NCBI GenBank assembly: GCA_043228905.1
Contig: JBHGNT010000021.1
Location: 8,680,001-8,744,000 of the forward strand
Source of the DNA: Azolla caroliniana
Taxonomy: Eukaryota; Plantae; Polypodiophyta
Direction: 5' to 3'
DNA length: 64,000 nt
Positions 59,721 to 64,000 of the stretch are shown here, piece after piece; position 1 is the stretch's first letter; every line of letters starts with the position of its first letter. Position numbers and translations under genes: made by a program. Under the pieces are notes generated by a model. The model did not search any database. It saw nothing but the letters and a program-made list of their open reading frames with translations, and was not told the DNA's origin.

Positions 59721-62700
59721 TGACGGGAAACAAACGCTCCTTATGCGCAATGCTGAGCCACAACCGAACTTAGAATCATACACAGAAAACGGGAAAGGTG
59801 AAGACACAACACAAAGGAGAGAAAAGTACACAGGATGTTTACGTGGAAAACCCAAACTAAGGGAAAAACCACGGCAGCCCACAGGCTGCAAACTATCACT
59901 ATGTTAGAATGTACAACAGTGAGTTCACGGAGGCAATGACGTCGTGCTCATGATCTTCGGCACAGGCAGCGGTTACAGCAGAGGCAACGACCTCTTCCTC
60001 TCTCTCTCTCTCTCTGTACACTGTTACACACACTCTCTTCTTACACCAACAAGAATGACAACAACAAACAAAAGTTTGCCCTAAGTCATATTTATACTAA
60101 TATGACTTTTCGGCTATTTACAAATATAGCCTCGATGGACTCTCAGAAAACATATTTACGAATATGTCTCTTCAGCACTGTTCTTCTCCCTTCCCATCCG
60201 GAGGGACTTGTCTCCCAACAAACTCCCCCTTCACTCCGGCATGGGGAGTCTTACTAGTCCGATCCGCTTCCTACATGCATCCAGCTTGTCGGGTATCAGC
60301 ACTTTGGTCAACATATCTGACCTGTTCTCGGCCGTGTGGATCATCGTCAGCGCGAACTCTTGGTCATCTACTCTTTCCCGGATCCAGTGATACCTTTGTT
60401 GGATATGCTTCGTCCTGGAATGGTAGGCCGCATTCTTAGCAAGGTGGATGGCACTTTGACTGTCGCAATAGAGCCGGTATTCATCTTGTCGGATACCGAG
60501 CTCTCCGATGAAGTCCTTCATCCATAATATTTCCTTGCCGGCTTCCACAGCCGCCATGTACTCCGCCTCCGTGGTTGACAATGCAACCGTCTTCTGCAAC
60601 CTCGACTGCCATGATACAACTCCCCCTGCATATGTCATTACATACCCAGATGTAGACCAGCTGGTATCCACATCAGCCGACATGTCCGAATCGGTGAAAC
60701 CGTCAAGTTGAGGTTTTCCGGATCCGAATTGGAGACACATATTTGAAGTGCCCTTCAAGTACCGGAGTATCCATTTGACCGCGTTCTAGTGCTCCTTGCC
60801 GGGATTGCTCATAAACCGGCTCACCACTCCGACTGCGTATCCTATATCCCATCGGGTACAAACCATTGCGTACATTAAGCTCCCGACGGTAGAGGAATAT
60901 GGAATCTTCATCATATCCGCCTTCTCTGCTTTCGTCTTCGGGCTTTGCTTACCGGATAACTTGCAGTTTGCCGGAAGTGTCGATCCGACCGGTTTCGCAT
61001 CTGACATGTTGAACCGCTAAAGCACCTTTGTCACGTACTTCTCCTGTGACAGCCACAATTGCTTCATTGACCGGTTCCAGATGATATTCATCCCCAACAT
61101 CTGTCTTGCCGGACCCAAGTCTTTCATTGAGAAGGTCCGATTGAGAGCCTTCTTCAACATCCAAATTTTGGCTTGGTCCCGTCCGACAATCAACATGTCG
61201 TCCACGTACAGAAGGAGTATCAGGAAGTCGCCTCCTTCGAACTTCTTCACAAACACGCAGTGATCGGCCTGCATCTTGTGGTACCCTTGATCGGTCATGA
61301 AGGAGTCGAACTTCCGGTACCATTGTCCGGGAGCCTGCTTCAGTCCGTACAAGCTCTTCTTCAACCGGCATACCAGGTGCTCCTTCCCTTTCTCCACGAA
61401 TCCTTCCAGTTGCTGCATGTAGATCTCCTCTTCGAGGTCGCCGTGAAGGAATGTCGTCTTCACGTCCAGCTGCTCTGCCTCGAGGTCCATGCTTGCCGCT
61501 ATCTCAGCACCGTCTGGATGGAGGTCATCTTTACTACCAGGGCAAATATCTCGTCGAAGTCCACGCCCTTCTTCTGTTTGAACCCCTTCACCACGATCCT
61601 GGCTTTGTATCTCGGGGGGTTGCCAGCATCTCCCAGTTTCAACTTGTAGACCTACTTATTTCAGAGTGCCCGCTTTCCTTTCGGCAACTCCACCAATTTG
61701 TACGTATGGTTCTCATGCAGGGAATCCATCTCGTCCTGCATGGCACTTAACCATTTGCGGCTGTGGATGTCATCCTTCGCTTCTTCGAAGCTTTCTGGCT
61801 ACCCCACATCGGTTAACAGCACATGCTCTGCATCCGGAAATCTCCGGGGGGGGCTTCTCTCTCGGAGAGGATATCTCCGTCTCTGGGCTTCGGTAGCCGA
61901 CTCCTCTATTTGCTCTTCATCCGAATCCCATTCGGGATCTTGGTCGGTTCCGGTTTCAGCTTCCTCTACTTCTTCTTCTGCCGGTTCGGTACCCTCACCG
62001 TAACCGGCTAGTTCCTCGAGTGCTAACCGGTCTCTTGCCGGTTGGGTCTGCTCATCGTAGAATCGATCCTTACAGGTCGACTCGGAGTTCATTATCTTCT
62101 TCTCCGACTCCCAGTCGGCGAGCGTCTTGTCCTCCATGAAGATAATATCTCGACTCCGGAATACCTTCTTGTCGACCAGGTCCCACACTCGGTAGCCGAA
62201 CTCATCGTCGCCATAACCAAGGAATATGCATGGCCGGGTCTTTGGATCTAACTTTCCTCTCCGATCCTTAGCTACATGCACGTACGCGAGACACTCGAAT
62301 ACCTTCAGATGCCGGTACGACACTTCCTTACCGGTCCATACTCTCTGTGGCGTGTCTCCGTCCAAGGGTACTGAGGGTGATCTGTTTATCACATATGTCG
62401 TCGTCGAGAGTGCCTCAGCCCAAAACTTCTTGGGTAGTTTTGCATACGCTAGCATACTCCGGACCCTCTCCATTATGGTCCGGTTCATCCTCTCTGCCAG
62501 CCCGTTTAGTTCCAGCGTCTTCGGCACGGTAAATTCGAGCCGGATTCCCTTCGAGCGACAGTATTCCTCGAACTGCCCCCGGTATTCACCTCCGTTATTT
62601 GTTCGAACCGCCTTCAGCTTCCGGCCAGTTTCTCTTTCCACTCTCACGTGGAGCTCTTTGAAGACGGATTGCACCTGATCCTTCGTCTTCAATGGTGTGG

Positions 62701-63630
62701 CCCACAGCTTCCGGTTGTGGTCATCTATGAACGTCACAAAGTACTGCGATCCTGCATGTGACTTCGTGTCCACTTGACATACATCCGTATGCACCAACTC
62801 CAGTGGCGCATTACGTCTCATCGGTGGCTTTGATCGGAAGGAGGTCCAGTTTTGCTTACCGGCCAGACAATCAGTGCACTTCTCCAAGTGCACGTTCTTC
62901 ACTAGAATGAGGTTGTCGTCTGCAAGCCTCTTCATCCCCTTCTCGCTCATGTGACACAGCCTTTTGTGCCACAGCTCACCAGCAATGTCGGATGCCACAT
63001 TCACTTCCTCCGGACATAACCGGGCATTCATGAGGTACAGAGTGTTGACCTTCCAGGCCCGAGCCACAATCAGGCTCCCTTTGCTGAACTTCATGACACC
63101 GTTCCGGATGCTACCCGTGTAGCCTTCATCGTCTAGCCGACCGGCTGATATCAGATTCAGTCGAACATCCTTCAGCAACAACTTGCATCCGGTTGGTGTT
63201 GACAGCCACACGTCTCCTATGCCGACAATTCGGCATGTACCTTCATTCCCCATCCGGACACAGCCGTGATCACCGGCTGAGTAGGATGAGAAGCATTTCC
63301 GGTCCGGGGTAAGGTGGAACGACGCTCCGGAGTCTACCACCCAGGTCATCTCGTCGCCGGCAAGGTTTATCTCACTCTCCTCGGTGATGAGCATCAACTC
63401 TTCTTCACTTGCCGCAATTGCCGTCATTCCCTTCCGGTTCGGCCCCCTCCGGTCTTTACCATTCCGGTCCGGGGTCCGCTTCGAATCGGTACCGTCGGTC
63501 TCCTTATCTTTTTGGAAATGCCGACAGTTCTTCTAGAAGTGTCCCGGCTTGCCGCAATAGAAGCAAGTAGGCCTCCCTCTTGACTTTGACCATGTCCCTG
63601 ACTTCTCCCAGTTCTGGGGACTACGGTTTC
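59721..63630 (-). mobile_element. C5: 5'-truncated Tnt1-like Copia element (C3 family)
   Basis: 3' LTR 59721-60220; PPT 60221-60232; pol fragments and zinc knuckle up to 63630. Confidence 0.92.
60231..63630 (-). pseudogene. pol: C5 Gag C-terminus and pol, disrupted
   Basis: ORFs 61799-63427, 61017-61490, 60786-61007 and 60231-60758 are near-identical to C3/C2. Confidence 0.92.
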
Positions 63631-63790
63631 CCATATATCCCATAAACCCTAATTTCCTTACGGAAGCCATTAACCCTAATTTTCCTTATGGAAGCCATAT
63701 CTCCCATAAACCCTAATTTCCTTACGGAAGCCAAAAACCCTAATTTTCCCTATGGAAGCCATATCTCTCAAAACCCCTAATTTTTCTTCT
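63631..63790. repeat. Tandem repeat containing telo-box-like AACCCTAA, 27-38-bp subunits in a ~65-bp dimer
   Basis: AACCCTAATTT(T)CCTTAYGGAAGCCA four times plus a partial fifth. Confidence 0.8.
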
Positions 63791-63837
63791 CTATTAAACT
63801 TAGTAAACCTAAACTTCTGAATCCCAATCTTACGACA

Positions 63838-63990
63838 TATTGTAATTTCTTTTCCTTTGTTAATGGAAATTATTAAATTTCTTATTTCTCTTAATTGTTA
63901 AAAGTATGAACACACGAATATGATATCCTCTGGTCGGAGGCCCCGGGGTCCTGCCTCAAGTTCACGTGTTCTCGTCGTATTTTCGCGACA
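63838..63990 (+). mobile_element. U5 end of another LTR of the G1/G2/G4 group (fragment)
   Basis: Ends TCGCGACA; carries GGCCCCGGGGTCCTGCC at the conserved distance from the end; left boundary uncertain. Confidence 0.5.
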
Positions 63991-64000
63991 CCCGCACCAT

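Overview
A eukaryotic window made almost entirely of nested LTR retrotransposons. The host is a land plant, probably a bryophyte (inferred from the element lineages and the plant tRNA-Trp/iMet primer sites). No host gene, rRNA or CRISPR array is supported. The nesting was resolved from LTR termini and target-site duplications (TSDs). (a) A decayed tRNA-Trp-primed Ty3/Gypsy element G1 (<1-13062, -) holds a deleted chromovirus T1, two solo LTRs and a full-length relative G2 (5982-13006). (b) An old Copia C0 (~13387-53023) holds Copia C1 (15293-51789). C1's 5' LTR holds chromovirus T2 (15519-36538), which holds a young Athila/Tat-like Gypsy G3 with a ~1,030-aa extra ORF (17513-27420) and a nearly intact Tnt1-like Copia C2 (29256-34812). 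C1's gag holds Copia C3 (37635-47509), which holds a pol-less element G4 encoding a Gag fragment fused to a repeat protein (39517-44322). (c) Copia C4 (53599-59389) carries a solo LTR, and a truncated Copia C5 follows (59721-63630). Most notable: tRNA-like A/B boxes at the U3 tip of the chromovirus LTRs; a Trp-primed, fungal-like Gypsy group with 4-bp NCGT targets and a frameshift signal after the protease; its non-autonomous partner G4; the G3 extra ORF; an apparent capsid swap between C2 and C3; and strong CCGG enrichment. Element names are my own labels, clade calls are from motif recognition only, and divergence figures are approximate hand counts.
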